DNA from: Bacteroidia bacterium | GTDB lineage: Bacteria; Bacteroidota; Bacteroidia; AKYH767-A; OLB10 | Direction of reading: 5' to 3' | DNA length: 64,000 nucleotides | Assembly (NCBI GenBank): GCA_037045145.1 | Contig: JBAOIA010000012.1 | Location: forward strand, 857,550-921,549 | Notes under the pieces: model-generated | What the model was told of the DNA's origin: nothing | Database searches by the model: none | What the model saw: only the letters and a program-made list of their open reading frames with translations | Program-made: the position numbers and the translations under genes | Shown here: positions 10,130-22,100 of the stretch, piece after piece | Layout of the letters: each line of letters opens with the position of its first letter | Numbering within the stretch: position 1 is the first letter of the stretch

Positions 10130-11014
10130 ATGAAAAGACTCTACACAATAATAATCTTCCTTTCAATTACCTCAGGCGTTAAAGCACAAAATGCAACCCC
10201 CAATGCAGGTTTTGAAAACTGGAATGCTGTTGGAAACCGCTTTGACCCTGCCGACTGGAATAATTTGAATCCAAGTACTGCAATAATAGGTGTGCTAACA
10301 TGCGCACGTGCCTCTGGTGCAGATGCTCACAGTGGCAACTATGCAATTAAATTAACCACTAAATTAATTCCGGCTTTTAATATCATAGCGAATGGTATTG
10401 CAAGCACAGGTACATTGATTACAACACCACCTTATGGTGTTTCAGGAGGCATTGCTTATACCGGTCGCCCTGACAGCATTACCGGATGGTATAAGTACAC
10501 TCCTGCAGGTACAGATCAGGGGTTTGTAGAACTTCAACTGTTAGGAGCAACAAACACTGACACTATTGGATATGTGAGATTTGAAACACCTAATGCCACA
10601 GTTAGTACATACACACGATTTGCGGCTGCTGTCAACTATCTTTCTACAGCAACACCTTCAAATTCTATTTGGATTCTTTCTTCCAGCAAGGGAGTTGGGC
10701 CGATTGTAAACAGTCAGATTTTTATTGATGATATAGCAATGGTTTTTAATTCGTCATCAGTAAATACTATCAATTCAAAAAATGAAGTAACAATTCTTGG
10801 CAATGTCATAAAAGAAAAAATTCGATTTAACTATAAAAACACAGGTGTTTATCAATTCAGGTTGATAGATACTGCAGGACGTATTGTAGCAGACACTCAA
10901 CTTAACTCACAACAAAGCACCGTAGATGTTACTTCTTTGGATGGTTTGTATTTTTATACCATAGAAAACAGTACAGGTATCATCAATACAGGAAAAATAA
11001 TTATCAGGAATTAA
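10130..11014 (+). CDS. Secreted hypothetical protein with a T9SS type-A C-terminal sorting domain
   Basis: Signal peptide 'MKRLYTIIIFLSITSGVKAQ'. The C-terminal roughly 80 aa, '...GVYQFRLIDTAGRIV...GLYFYTIE...GKIIIRN', resembles the Por secretion tail. Confidence 0.6.
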   Translation: MKRLYTIIIFLSITSGVKAQNATPNAGFENWNAVGNRFDPADWNNLNPSTAIIGVLTCARASGADAHSGNYAIKLTTKLIPAFNIIANGIASTGTLITTPPYGVSGGIAYTGRPDSITGWYKYTPAGTDQGFVELQLLGATNTDTIGYVRFETPNATVSTYTRFAAAVNYLSTATPSNSIWILSSSKGVGPIVNSQIFIDDIAMVFNSSSVNTINSKNEVTILGNVIKEKIRFNYKNTGVYQFRLIDTAGRIVADTQLNSQQSTVDVTSLDGLYFYTIENSTGIINTGKIIIRN

Positions 11015-11015
11015 T

Positions 11016-13412
11016 ATGCGCTATCTAAGTAACGCAAAAAAAACTTTTTTCTTAATAATCGTAATCCTCCTGTCAGGCATTTCCTGCATTGCACAAATGG
11101 GTGTGTTGAAAGGAAACGTTTATTTAAAGCAAAGTGGAGAACCTGTTGCCGGTGCCGGTATTTTTCCTCTCCATGACAAGTCAATAGGTGTGGCATCTGA
11201 TGCTGATGGAAGTTATGAGATAAATCTTCCTGTTGGAAAACAAACTATAGTATATGCACTGACAGGTTTGAGAAATGATACACTTACATTAGATATTAAA
11301 GATGGTATAGAGACTATCCGTAATATCTACCTAACATCAAACCTTAAAAATCTTAATGTAGTTGTTGTTTCTGCAAGTAAGTACGAACAGCGTATTGAAG
11401 ATATTACTGTAAGCATGGAAGTTATCAGTCCAAAGCTTATTGAAAACAGAAACACCACAAATGTAACCAGTGTGCTGGAGCAAACTCCCGGTGTTACTAT
11501 ATTAGATCAGGAGCCTCAAATTCGCGGTGGCAGTGGTTTTAGTTTTGGTGTTGGCAGCCGTGTAGCAACACTCATTGACGGACTCCCTATAATGACAGGA
11601 GATGCCGGTCGTACTGATTGGCAATTTATTCCTGTAGAAAACATTGAACAGATTGAAGTAATTAAAGGTGCTTCTTCTGTATTATATGGCTCATCAGCGT
11701 TAAGTGGAACAATTAATTTCAGGACAGCATATCCAAAAGAGCGTTATCACACCTACTTAAGAACCTATGGTGGTGTTTATGATAAACCATCAAACAGAGA
11801 AGCAAAGTGGTGGGATGGCCCTGCAACTTTTTCAGGTATCAACTTTTTACATAGTGAGAAAATCAATCGCTGGGATTTAATCATTGGAGGTAACGGATTA
11901 TATGATCACGGATTTATTGGCCCTCCTTTAGCAATGAGTTCTTTGCCTTTTCAGGATACAACTATCAGCAATAATGATGTTGCATCCCGCTGGGGCAGGT
12001 TAAACTTTAACATCCGTCATCGTTTCAAAAATATTGAAGGACTTTCAGCTGGTATCAACGGAAATTTTATGCAGTCGCACTCCAATTTTTCTTTGGTATG
12101 GGCAAATGACAGCACAGGAATTTACAATGCATTTCCAAAAACCATGACACTTACCGATTCAAAAACATTTTATATTGACCCCTACATCAGCCTTACAGGA
12201 AAGAAAGGCTCATCACATCAACTGCGTTCGCGTATTTTCTATGCCGATAATGACAATGGCAACGATCAGTCAAATAAAACAAATGTATATCTTGCTGAAT
12301 ATCGTTTTAACCGCGAAATAATTTCATTAGGAAGATTAAATGTTACATCAGGAGCCTATTTTCAGCAATCATTCAGTCAGGCCTCACTGTATGCAGGAAG
12401 CGGCAGCAATAAAAACACACTTGAAAACTATGCAGCATTTATACAATTGGAAAAAAAGCTGATAAAAAAACTTTTGGTGTCAGCTGGTTTCAGAGCTGAA
12501 TATTTTGAAATGAACAATAAAGATGCACAACTAGAACCCATTTTGCGTGCAGGATTAAATTATCAACTTACAGAAGGAACTTTTATCCGTTGCTCCTATG
12601 GACAAGGCTATCGTTACCCTACCATTGCTGAAAAATTTATAGAAACCGGTGCCGGTGGAATTTCTGTTTTTCCAAATCCGGAGGTAAGACCGGAATCAAG
12701 CTGGAATGCAGAAGCAGGAATAAAGCAAGGTTTTAAGATAGGAAATTTTTTTGGTTTTGCTGATATAGCAGTTTTTGAACAACGCTATCACAACACCATT
12801 GAATATATTTATGCATTATGGCAACCCGATCAGTTAGCCGGATTTAAATTTGTGAATACAGGAAACTCACGTGTTAAAGGGCTTGAAGTTTCCATTATGG
12901 GTGAAGGAAAACCAGTCCGCAATTTCTCCATAAGCTTTTTGGGTGGATATACATATACACTGCCCCAAAGTCTGGAGCCTGACTACATCTTTGCCACAGA
13001 CAACCCTCCAACAGATTTTTTACCCGACTCATTATCATACAGCAACACCAGCACAGACACCTCAAAAAATATTCTCAAATACCGATTTCAGCATATTGCC
13101 AAAATGGATATTGAGCTAACATGGAAATTTATTTCTTTAGGTTACGGATTTCGTTTTTACAGTTTCATGAAAAACATTGATAAAAAGTTTTATGATCTTG
13201 ATGAAACAGTTTTACCTACAGGTGTAAAAGCTTATCGCGAAAAAAATGACAAAGGCACCTTGGTGCATGACCTTCGCTTAGGGTTCAAACTAAGCGATGT
13301 TTTTAAAGCATCATTTTTAGTAAACAATGCCACAAACCTTGAATACTCATTGCGTCCATTAAAAATTGAGTCGCCAAGAAATTATACCTTGCAACTTACA
13401 GCAGCCTTTTAA
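11016..13412 (+). CDS. TonB-dependent outer-membrane receptor with an N-terminal carboxypeptidase-regulatory-like domain
   Basis: 'GVLKGNVYLKQSGEPVAGAGI' is the CarbopepD_reg-like domain. The plug motifs '...IEVIKGASSVLYGSSALSGTINF' follow, and the protein ends in an aromatic residue ('TAAF'). Confidence 0.85.
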   Translation: MRYLSNAKKTFFLIIVILLSGISCIAQMGVLKGNVYLKQSGEPVAGAGIFPLHDKSIGVASDADGSYEINLPVGKQTIVYALTGLRNDTLTLDIKDGIETIRNIYLTSNLKNLNVVVVSASKYEQRIEDITVSMEVISPKLIENRNTTNVTSVLEQTPGVTILDQEPQIRGGSGFSFGVGSRVATLIDGLPIMTGDAGRTDWQFIPVENIEQIEVIKGASSVLYGSSALSGTINFRTAYPKERYHTYLRTYGGVYDKPSNREAKWWDGPATFSGINFLHSEKINRWDLIIGGNGLYDHGFIGPPLAMSSLPFQDTTISNNDVASRWGRLNFNIRHRFKNIEGLSAGINGNFMQSHSNFSLVWANDSTGIYNAFPKTMTLTDSKTFYIDPYISLTGKKGSSHQLRSRIFYADNDNGNDQSNKTNVYLAEYRFNREIISLGRLNVTSGAYFQQSFSQASLYAGSGSNKNTLENYAAFIQLEKKLIKKLLVSAGFRAEYFEMNNKDAQLEPILRAGLNYQLTEGTFIRCSYGQGYRYPTIAEKFIETGAGGISVFPNPEVRPESSWNAEAGIKQGFKIGNFFGFADIAVFEQRYHNTIEYIYALWQPDQLAGFKFVNTGNSRVKGLEVSIMGEGKPVRNFSISFLGGYTYTLPQSLEPDYIFATDNPPTDFLPDSLSYSNTSTDTSKNILKYRFQHIAKMDIELTWKFISLGYGFRFYSFMKNIDKKFYDLDETVLPTGVKAYREKNDKGTLVHDLRLGFKLSDVFKASFLVNNATNLEYSLRPLKIESPRNYTLQLTAAF

Positions 13413-13587
13413 AAAGACCTTTACTTGTTAAAAAGGCATTACTCTCTTTATTTTAGGCTGTTAAACCGTGTCTGAACTTAACCCTTTAATCAAGTCTAAC
13501 TTAGGCTGTTAAAGATATTTTTTTATGAAGAACGATGAATACTTCAGCCAAATAGCAGAAAAATGAAAAATTTTTGCTCTATAAGGC

Positions 13588-13616
13588 TTTGAATGTAAAT
13601 TGTTTTTATACATTTG
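13588..13616 (+). promoter_or_regulatory. Putative Bacteroidota sigma-A promoter for tRNA-Glu
   Basis: A -33 TTTG at 13588-13591 is followed after a 17-nt spacer by the -7 box TACATTTG at 13609-13616 (TAnnTTTG). The mature tRNA 5' end is 21 nt downstream. Confidence 0.35.
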
Positions 13617-13636
13617 CAGCCTCAAAAAAAACGTTT

Positions 13637-13708
13637 GGCCCGTTCGTCTAGGGGTTAGGACATCTCCCTTTCACGGAGGAAACACGAGTTCGATTCTCGT
13701 ACGGGCTA
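13637..13708 (+). tRNA. tRNA-Glu (anticodon TTC)
   Basis: A cloverleaf was folded by hand: acceptor ggcccgt/acgggct, D-arm 'gtctaggggttaggac', anticodon stem tctcc/ggagg with loop cTTTCac, and T-arm acgag-ttcgatt-ctcgt. Close to E. coli tRNA-Glu. CCA is not encoded. Confidence 0.85.
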
Positions 13709-13759
13709 CAAAAATAATTAAGGATTAATATCCATCAATAAAAAGTAAAAACTGTAATT

Positions 13760-14014
13760 ATGGCAAATCACAAGTCAGCAGTAAAAAGAATTCGCGCCAA
13801 CGGTGCTAAAAAAGACAGAAACCGTTATCAGGCAAAAACTTCGCGTAATGCTTTGAAAGAACTGCGCACCACTACCGATAAGAAAGAAGCTGAAAAGATG
13901 CTTCCTGAAGTATCCGGTATGCTTGATAAAATGGCAAAAAAGAATCTTATTCATAAGAATAAAGCTGCCAACCTTAAGTCAAGTATTACAAAATACGTTG
14001 CTGCTTTAAAATAA
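13760..14014 (+). CDS. rpsT: 30S ribosomal protein S20
   Basis: 'MANHKSAVKRIRANGAKKDRNRYQAKTSRNALKELR' is a canonical S20 sequence. Confidence 0.9.
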   Translation: MANHKSAVKRIRANGAKKDRNRYQAKTSRNALKELRTTTDKKEAEKMLPEVSGMLDKMAKKNLIHKNKAANLKSSITKYVAALK

Positions 14015-14034
14015 TTCTCATAATTTTGAATTTT

Positions 14035-14061
14035 AAGCTCGCTAAAATGCGGGCTTTTTTT
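14035..14061 (+). terminator. Rho-independent terminator downstream of rpsT
   Basis: An 8-bp stem aagctcgc/gcgggctt, including one G-U pair, closes a loop 'taaaat' and is followed by the run TTTTTTT. Confidence 0.6.
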
Positions 14062-14084
14062 GTTTAACACCTTATCTTAGCAGT

Positions 14085-14774
14085 ATGGATGAACCTAAAA
14101 ACATTAAATCGTGGTCGGAGAGTGACAGGCCTCGCGAAAAACTCCTTGAAAAAGGTAAGGAAGCTTTAACCGACAGTGAGTTACTAGCCATCCTTATCCG
14201 TTCAGGTACCCGTCAGGAATCTGCTGTTGATTTGGCCAAAAGGATACTAAACAATACCCGTAACGAGCTTTCAGAATTATCTAAGCTATCAGTAAAAGAT
14301 ATGATGAAGTACAAAGGCATGGGTAAAGTAAAGGCTATTACAATTGTTGCGGCACTTGAGTTAGGGCGCAGACGCGCACAGGCTCAGGCTCTGGAAAGAC
14401 AAAAAATAATTTCAAGCAAAGATGCAGTAGCTTTTTTTAAAGCCATGCTTGCTGATTTGCCGCATGAAGAATTCAGAATACTTTTATTGGACCGCGCCAA
14501 TCAGATTATCAAGTCAGAAAACATCAGTAAAGGTGGTGTGTCGGGAACTGTGGTTGATGCACGTATTATCTTTAAATCGGCAATAGAAAATTTAGCTTCC
14601 GGAATTATCCTTTGCCACAATCATCCAAGCGGTAATCCTAAACCAAGTCAGGCAGATGTTAACCTGACTTCAAAACTAAGCAATGCAGGAAAATTACTGG
14701 AAATAAACATATTAGATCACGTGATTATTGCCGGTGACGATTATTACAGTTTTGCGGATGAGGGGCAACTTTGA
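14085..14774 (+). CDS. radC: RadC-family JAB/MPN domain protein
   Basis: The helix-hairpin-helix-like N-terminus is followed by 'HNHPSGNPKPSQADVNLTSKL', the JAMM motif typical of RadC. Confidence 0.85.
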   Translation: MDEPKNIKSWSESDRPREKLLEKGKEALTDSELLAILIRSGTRQESAVDLAKRILNNTRNELSELSKLSVKDMMKYKGMGKVKAITIVAALELGRRRAQAQALERQKIISSKDAVAFFKAMLADLPHEEFRILLLDRANQIIKSENISKGGVSGTVVDARIIFKSAIENLASGIILCHNHPSGNPKPSQADVNLTSKLSNAGKLLEINILDHVIIAGDDYYSFADEGQL

Positions 14775-14846
14775 TTTTTCAACACCCTGTTTACAAGTAA
14801 AAAATCTTATATCCGATTTAATGGTAACTTTGCGAAACTTTTCGAA

Positions 14847-15971
14847 ATGAAATACGCACATAAATCACCCGCTGTATTGTTGCTTCAAGACGGTACGGTA
14901 TTTTATGGAAAGTCGGCAGGCAAAATTGGAACTGCCACCGGTGAAATTTGTTTTAACACCGGTATGACAGGCTATCAGGAAATATTTACTGACCCAAGTT
15001 ATAAATCGCAGATTATGGTGATGACCTCTGTACACATCGGAAATTATGGTGTGTGCCAGACAGAGTCAGAATCATCAGCAGCAAAAATATCTGCATTGAT
15101 ATGCCGTAATTTCTCTGACCATTTTTCAAGAAAAAAAGCCGATCAGAGTTTACAGGATTATTTTATTGAAAATAATATGGTTGTTGTATCTGATGTTGAT
15201 ACACGTGCCATCGTACAACACATCCGCAGCAAAGGTGCAATGAATGCTATTGTTTCTTCTGAAGAAACAGACCTCGTAAAATTGAATGCATTGTTGGCCA
15301 AGGTACCCTCTATGGAAGGGCTTGAATTATCAAGCACTGTCACAACAGGTAAATCATACACTTATGGCGACCCTGCATCAGCATTACATGTAGCTGTAAT
15401 AGATTTGGGCGTAAAAGAAAACACCTTACGTTGTCTTGCTGACAGAGGATGTTATGTAAAAGTTTTTCCGATGAACACTTCTTTTGAAGAGATGGAAAAA
15501 TTCAATCCACAAGGTTATATGGTTTCCAATGGCCCCGGTGACCCTGCAGCCATGCCTGCCATGGTTGATACCGTAAAAAAGATTCTCAATTCCGATAAAG
15601 CACTGATGGGAATATGCCTGGGTCATCAGCTACTTGCAGAAGCCTGTGGGATAAAAACATTTAAAATGTTTAATGGACATCGCGGCATCAATCATCCTGT
15701 AAAAAATATGGTAACAGGCCGTGCAGAAGTCACATCACAAAACCATGGCTTCGGAGTCATTCCGGAAGATACTTTCAAAAATACAGCGATTGAAATTACA
15801 CATGTAAACCTTAACGATCAAAGTATTGAAGGTATCCGAGTGAAAAACAAAAAAGCTTTTTCTGTGCAATATCATCCGGAAGCCGCGCCCGGCCCTAATG
15901 ATGCACGCTATCTTTTTGATAACTTCGTAAATGCCGTTAGGGAAGTAAAAGAGCAGGCTGTTACGGTATAG
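14847..15971 (+). CDS. carA: Carbamoyl-phosphate synthase small subunit (glutamine amidotransferase)
   Basis: The CPSase small-chain N-terminal domain is followed by a class-I GATase with 'GICLGHQLL' (catalytic Cys) and '...HPE'. Confidence 0.9.
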   Translation: MKYAHKSPAVLLLQDGTVFYGKSAGKIGTATGEICFNTGMTGYQEIFTDPSYKSQIMVMTSVHIGNYGVCQTESESSAAKISALICRNFSDHFSRKKADQSLQDYFIENNMVVVSDVDTRAIVQHIRSKGAMNAIVSSEETDLVKLNALLAKVPSMEGLELSSTVTTGKSYTYGDPASALHVAVIDLGVKENTLRCLADRGCYVKVFPMNTSFEEMEKFNPQGYMVSNGPGDPAAMPAMVDTVKKILNSDKALMGICLGHQLLAEACGIKTFKMFNGHRGINHPVKNMVTGRAEVTSQNHGFGVIPEDTFKNTAIEITHVNLNDQSIEGIRVKNKKAFSVQYHPEAAPGPNDARYLFDNFVNAVREVKEQAVTV

Positions 15972-16144
15972 GCTGACCTCCTGTTTTTAATACCAGTTTT
16001 TATTTAAAGTACATAGCGGCCATTGGCAATATTTACTCTTGTCCGTGAGGCAGCCCTCTAGCAATTACATGACATAATTTTCCCAAGCATAATTTCCGTA
16101 AAAATAAATTTTTCGGTTGTAATTAATTAAAAAGATTCTCCACC

Positions 16145-19100
16145 CTACTGCGACAGCGTAAATCTAATCGTAATACCCACAGCAGTATTGGCATTGGGGT
16201 AAGAAGTTGACACCACCGGTGTATTGATTGTTTTCTCAAAGAAGAATCTTAAATTGAGTCGTTCACTCACCGTATAATCAGAAGCCAGCTTGATAGAGAT
16301 GATGGTTAAACCTGCAGTTGGCTGATTTGTTCCTTCAACCAATTTTCGGAGTATAGTAGTGTTCTTCCGAACTGAAAAATCTAATGTGGTATTCAAATCG
16401 TTAGATCTGCGTGAGTTAACACTCTTAAACAGTCCGAAAGGAAACTTAAAGTTTGGAATACGATAACCTGCACCAAAAGTAAACTCGCGGCCTTTTACCT
16501 CTGTTACCTGAATGCCTGCAAGTGTGAGTGAAATGTTACGATCGCGTTTGTATTCAAATCGTGTAGTGAAATTTCCACCGGAAGAACGACCACCACGCTC
16601 TGTGGCAGATTTGCTGCCTGACGATTTATTATTTCTGTTTTTCCAGGTTATGTCAATTCCAATTAATGGACTAAACTGCTCGCTTAAACTCACCTGCCCT
16701 ATTTGTCGCTTAGGAATAAAATCCATGTTGATGTCGCGTGCATTGCCGCCCGGAACATAAGAAACATCAGTAGTAAAGCTGTTTACATTATAAGTTGAGC
16801 GATAGCCGTGGTTGAGGTTAACACTCTGGAAAAGATTTTTTACAAATGCAATCTTGGTAAGTCCATCATAACGTACTGTCCAGTTTGGAAGTGGTATGGA
16901 GGGAAATAAATCAAGCGACATGCGTGATGCACTCTTTTTAGAATAGGCCGAAAGGAATGACAAAATCACAACCTCTTGTGATGTTCCGCTGTAACCATCT
17001 CTGTAGCCATCAATGCCCACACCGGAAGAGTTAGGATTTTCATTACCTAATCTTTCCGAAAGGATTTTTCTGTTTTCGGCAAAGCGCTCAAATATTGTAG
17101 ATGAATAATCTTTTCTGTCTTTGGTGAATGATGTTCCCCACATCAGATTGCTGATACTGAAATTACCTGTTTCTACTCTTGCCAATGTTTCATAATAACG
17201 ACCATTAGCACGAGGGCTGTTGAAGGCTCTGTAATTTTCAGTTGTACTTAATGAGTAATTGCGGTTAAAGTTTACATCTATATTAAATCCGGTAAAAGGT
17301 TCAAGTGTGGCTCTTCCTGTGATGTTTTGTGTATAGGTAGAAGTAAACTGACTGTTAAAAGTTGAGTCTGTTGTAAGCCAACCATTCTTTGCCGCTCGTT
17401 CTCTGATGTCCTGATTCTGACTACCGAAAGTAAATGCAAAACCCGGTGCACTGCTGCCATCCCAATTCTGACCTAACCACTCACTCTGTCTGTTAAAGCC
17501 TGGCAACAACAATCCATTGGTTTCATTCCAGTTAAACGATACATTTTTCAAACTGAAAATAACTTTCGCTAAGGCTTTTATTGCCGGATTTATTTCTTGT
17601 TCCTTCTTCTTCTCCGGAGGTTTAACGCTCTTTGTCTTTAAGCTGTCTTTTGCAGCATCAGGTGCTTTTGCTTCAACTTTTGGCTCCTTCTTTTTTGGAG
17701 TCTTTGGCTTTGGAGGTGCTGTTAACTTCTTGTACAATTTCCACTTATTGTATAGAGAAGTCATGTTCAAACTATTGTTAACCTGAATAGAATTTGAGTT
17801 TTGAATTGTATTACCCAAAGCCGGATTTGTATAATACCTTCCATTGTCAGGGTTCACTATTAATGGTGATGCTGTCCAGTGATAGGTTGTGCTGTAGCGT
17901 GTGTTTATACTAATCCAATCTGTTATAGGCAACTTATTTAATGGAAGATTGTACGATAAAGATGCATTATGCATGTAATCTGTATTGCGTCCTAAGTTGA
18001 AAAAGTTTTTCCTTACAGAATCGCGTTTTTCTTCTGAGTTTAATGCACCATCAGGTTCATCAACTTTGCTTTGATTGTTGGCATTAAATTCAAACTTCAA
18101 TGCACGGGTTATATCCCAACTTGTACCATATTGACGATTCATGGTAAATCGCTTGTCATACAACACCGGAATAGAGTTGTCTGAAACTCCCTGATTCAGT
18201 ACTGCATTTACATCACGCACTTTAAGCTCGCCATAGTGTCTGTTTACATCCCATCTGAAATTAAAGGTTGACGGCATATAATTAAAATTAAAATCTTTAA
18301 CCGGGCGCAGGTACTTCGACTTACCTTTCATTTTACTGAATGGCGTAATTGGCTTGGGGTTGGTATTAAAATTATAGCCTATTGCACCAAGGTAATCTTT
18401 CTGAATATCATATTCAGTATTGATATTTCTCCTATATACTTCAGTGTAGCCATACGTAAAATTAAAATTTTCAATATCATAAATTCTAGACTTCGATGCA
18501 TTCTTCCCAGTCTTATTTTTCTTGACGTTGGTAAAGTTCAAACTCTTCCTTCGTGTATAATCCTGAGAAAAACGTTTCCTGTTTTGCTTGCGTTTGGAAT
18601 CATCAATATTGCTGATTGACCGGCTGAATTCAATATCAGGGTCAAGAGGGTCGTATTGTGGGTTGCTGAAAACTTCACCATAGCCAAAATACATTGGCAC
18701 TGTGAGGCCTGTGCTTGAAGGGAAAAATTTACCCAACTCAAGCGATGTGGCAACATCATAATTGGTGACATCCTCTTTACTGCGCTCGCCCACCTTACTC
18801 TCTAAGCTTCCGAAACCATGTGTGGAATAGCCTCCTGAAACAGATACATTACCCAGGTCGGCAAGTTTTACCTGCGCACGACCGATGGTAGCCCAGCCGC
18901 CTTTATCATTAAAGTCAGACATACGGAATTCATTAAACCATACCTCTGCACACTTCGCCAATCCGTCATCCGGTGGTCGTGGTGGGAATGCAGGATTCTC
19001 ACCGCTTGGATTCCACAATCCCAACATCATAACTTTCACTTCGCTCAATGTAGGGTTTCCTTTTATAAAAATTACATTGTTGCCATCCAACTTCGAGTAC

Positions 19101-22100
19101 TCATCTGTAAAAGCAACACCGGCATTATTACGTTCCAGCTTGGCATCGGTTAGTTTATCCAAATCAATATCAAAATCATTCTCTTTTGGCCAAATAACGG
19201 TAGGGTCGGTGCTGCCAAAAGGAGTCATTTTTAATGGAATGCGGTAGTCGTAATAGTTGTCTGTAAAGTCAGAACCTAAACGAACAACTGCGTAAAGCTC
19301 ACCATCGTTGGTTGGATTTGCCGGTGGCAAAAACGACTCGGCATGAATAACCATTTTAACATGCTTGTAATTACGCATGTCGAGTGTTGTGTTTTTATAA
19401 CAAACCTTCATGTCACCATCAGCAAGTTCGCAAACTTTAAATGAAAGCGATTGCTCGTTAAGCTGACGCTGATTTGTTGAGGTAACATCTATTTCACGTT
19501 CAAAATCAGGTGGCAGAACATAGTTAATAGGCTCGCGGTTACTATTTTCTTCGAGTGAAACAGCTCCTACATCAAACACTGCAGGCTGACTTAGAATACC
19601 TGTGAGTTTGTAATCATACTTCCTCCACTCACCTCTCAGGAATTCAAATTTTGCCAAACGAAGAACCTTGGGGCCGCTAAATCCTTTTGCGAAAACACGA
19701 ATAAATTTTACCGATTTTAAATCAGAAATCTGTCCGATGCGCTCGCGGGTTGGATCGTTAACAGGAATTTTAATAAGATACCATGTGATGGTCTTGCCTG
19801 ATGCATCAGGCAGGTTTAATGCAGCTACATTTTCCAACACATCACTAACATAATTTTGTCCAACCACCAACTTTGAAGGATCAATGTCAACTTTATATTG
19901 AAAATAATTTTCGTCAACTTCCATTCCGTTAATACGGTTTGCATCTTCGGCATCGGGAGTTTGCGTGCTTGAAGGAACAAAAGTTCCACTTCCTGCAACA
20001 GGTGAATTATTTTCTGTGCCGTTAAAGTTTTTATAACGCTTCAAGATTCCATCGGCATTGGTATAAGCATCGCCTCTGAAATAACTGAAATCATCAGACG
20101 AAGGGTCATCATGAATGGCATCTTTAACAGTCTGATTAGTTACGTTGGCATCAATGTAGTCGAGAAAGTTGGTTAGGAAATGCAATTTCTCATCATCATT
20201 TCCCAAACCGTCTAAACCCACGTCCTGCTGCTTACGTGTACTTTCATCTCTGTCAAATGCGTATAATACATTCTGTGCAACGGGAGTCCGCCCCCATGCA
20301 TTCTGACGGTATGCTGCCGGTGTTGCTGTAGTAGGTAACCCATTCTCATAACTTTCATATCCATCGCGCAACACATCTTCAGAAATATCACCAAGGTTAA
20401 AATACAATGTCCCCGTATTGGATAAACTTGAGTCGGGTGCATCGCCATTGAAAGGGTCCATCAGCCAAAACTGAATGTACTGAATATTTGACTCTTCAAA
20501 ATTGCTGGTTTCCACTTTTCGCATAAAGCCGCCCCAACGCGATGAAGGATCTACCAGATTACCATTAGCATTAATTCCTGCAGATAATCCCGCACGTGCA
20601 GACGTTTCATAGTTATATGGTCCGCGTTCATCCGGATAAAAAGAAATATCGAAAGTATTCATATAAGGAACAATGCCATTGCTGTATTGTCGCTTTGGGA
20701 ATAATTCCTTTTCGCTTATTTGCCTAACGTTGTGATTACTTCTTTCTGCTGCTGATAATGACACGGTGCTGTTACTTCTGTAAAAAGCTGTCGGGTCTAT
20801 ATTGTACCAGGCTATTTTAGCACGATTGTAACCATAACCGAGCGTATCGTTTGTGGCACTCACATAATCAAATTCAGGAAAGAGTGTAGGTTGAAATCTT
20901 GGAACAGAAGCTAAAAACCACTGACCTGCAATATTTAATGGAATAGTACTCTGTGTACCTTCAAAGGCATCAATATAGGCATTACCTTTTTTACCAATTG
21001 CTTTACTATGTCCTGGAAGTAAATAAGCAAATTCACCATTGAGTGATACCGATGATTCTTCTTTTGTATTAATCAATGGAATTTTATCAACCAACTTTGT
21101 GATGAATCGTGAGCGAGTACGATAAGTTCCGTCCAAACCAAAAATTGAGTTCGAAATAGGTTCATCACCAATGTTAACTTTTCGGGTAATAGGTCTTTCG
21201 TTGAGGTGCATAAAGGTTCCGCCAACAGCAAAATCTTTACTGAACTTGTAATCGAACCGTGCACCCATCAATGTCTTTGACTGAACGGAAAACAAAGAAT
21301 TACTCTCTAAAGAAACTTTAATAGGTGTTGCGGAATTAAGTACTGATGTGTTGATGATTTTTACCCGACCTAAATTGTAGTCAACCGTATAATCCTGATT
21401 TTCGACTAACTCAGTTCCACCGGCAGTTACTTTTACAGAGCCTTGTGGAATGTTGATGGCATTGAGCGAAATTTCAGAACCTGATGAACTCTGATAGGAG
21501 CCTTTCAGCTTAAATTTGTTTTTGCCCTGTGCCAAGGCAATTGTTTTGGTTGAATCGTAAAGCTCTTTAAACACATATTTTGCTGCCGTTGATGTATTTG
21601 AAAATTTCGATTCAAGATAACGCCCGAATGGTTCTACAGAGGGCAGAATAATTCTTCCGGTAGCACTATTTACTGTTATTCCTTCAACATAATCAAAAAT
21701 ACCGTCACCGGATTGTGTTGCATCACCACTGGAGTTCAGGTTATCGGCATTAAGTATTCTGATAAGACTTTTATTAGCAATCTTTGGTTCGTTTGGCTCA
21801 GGCAACTGACGCACATAACTTCCGGCAGCATTGTCGAAGTAAAGAACATCCAATCTGAATTTTTCGCTTGAAATCTGAAAAGCGTTCAGATTATAGACAT
21901 TTTTCATCATCAGTTTCCACGATGGTAGTGTCGTGTTAAAATTCCTGCCTCTGATAAGTTTTACAATAAGTGGTTGAGATGGGTCAATACCAGATGTAGT
22001 GAGTTCTCCTACTCTGTAAACTTTACCGTTAACCGTATATTCAAATGCAACAGCTAATGCCTGGTCATTACGCAATTCGGAGTTAAGCGAGATAAATCCT

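Noticed and set aside
13452-13512. Short direct repeat 'taggctgttaaa' (x2) between the TonB receptor gene and tRNA-Glu
   Set aside because: It is only 12 nt, AT-rich and easily due to chance. No associated structure was found.
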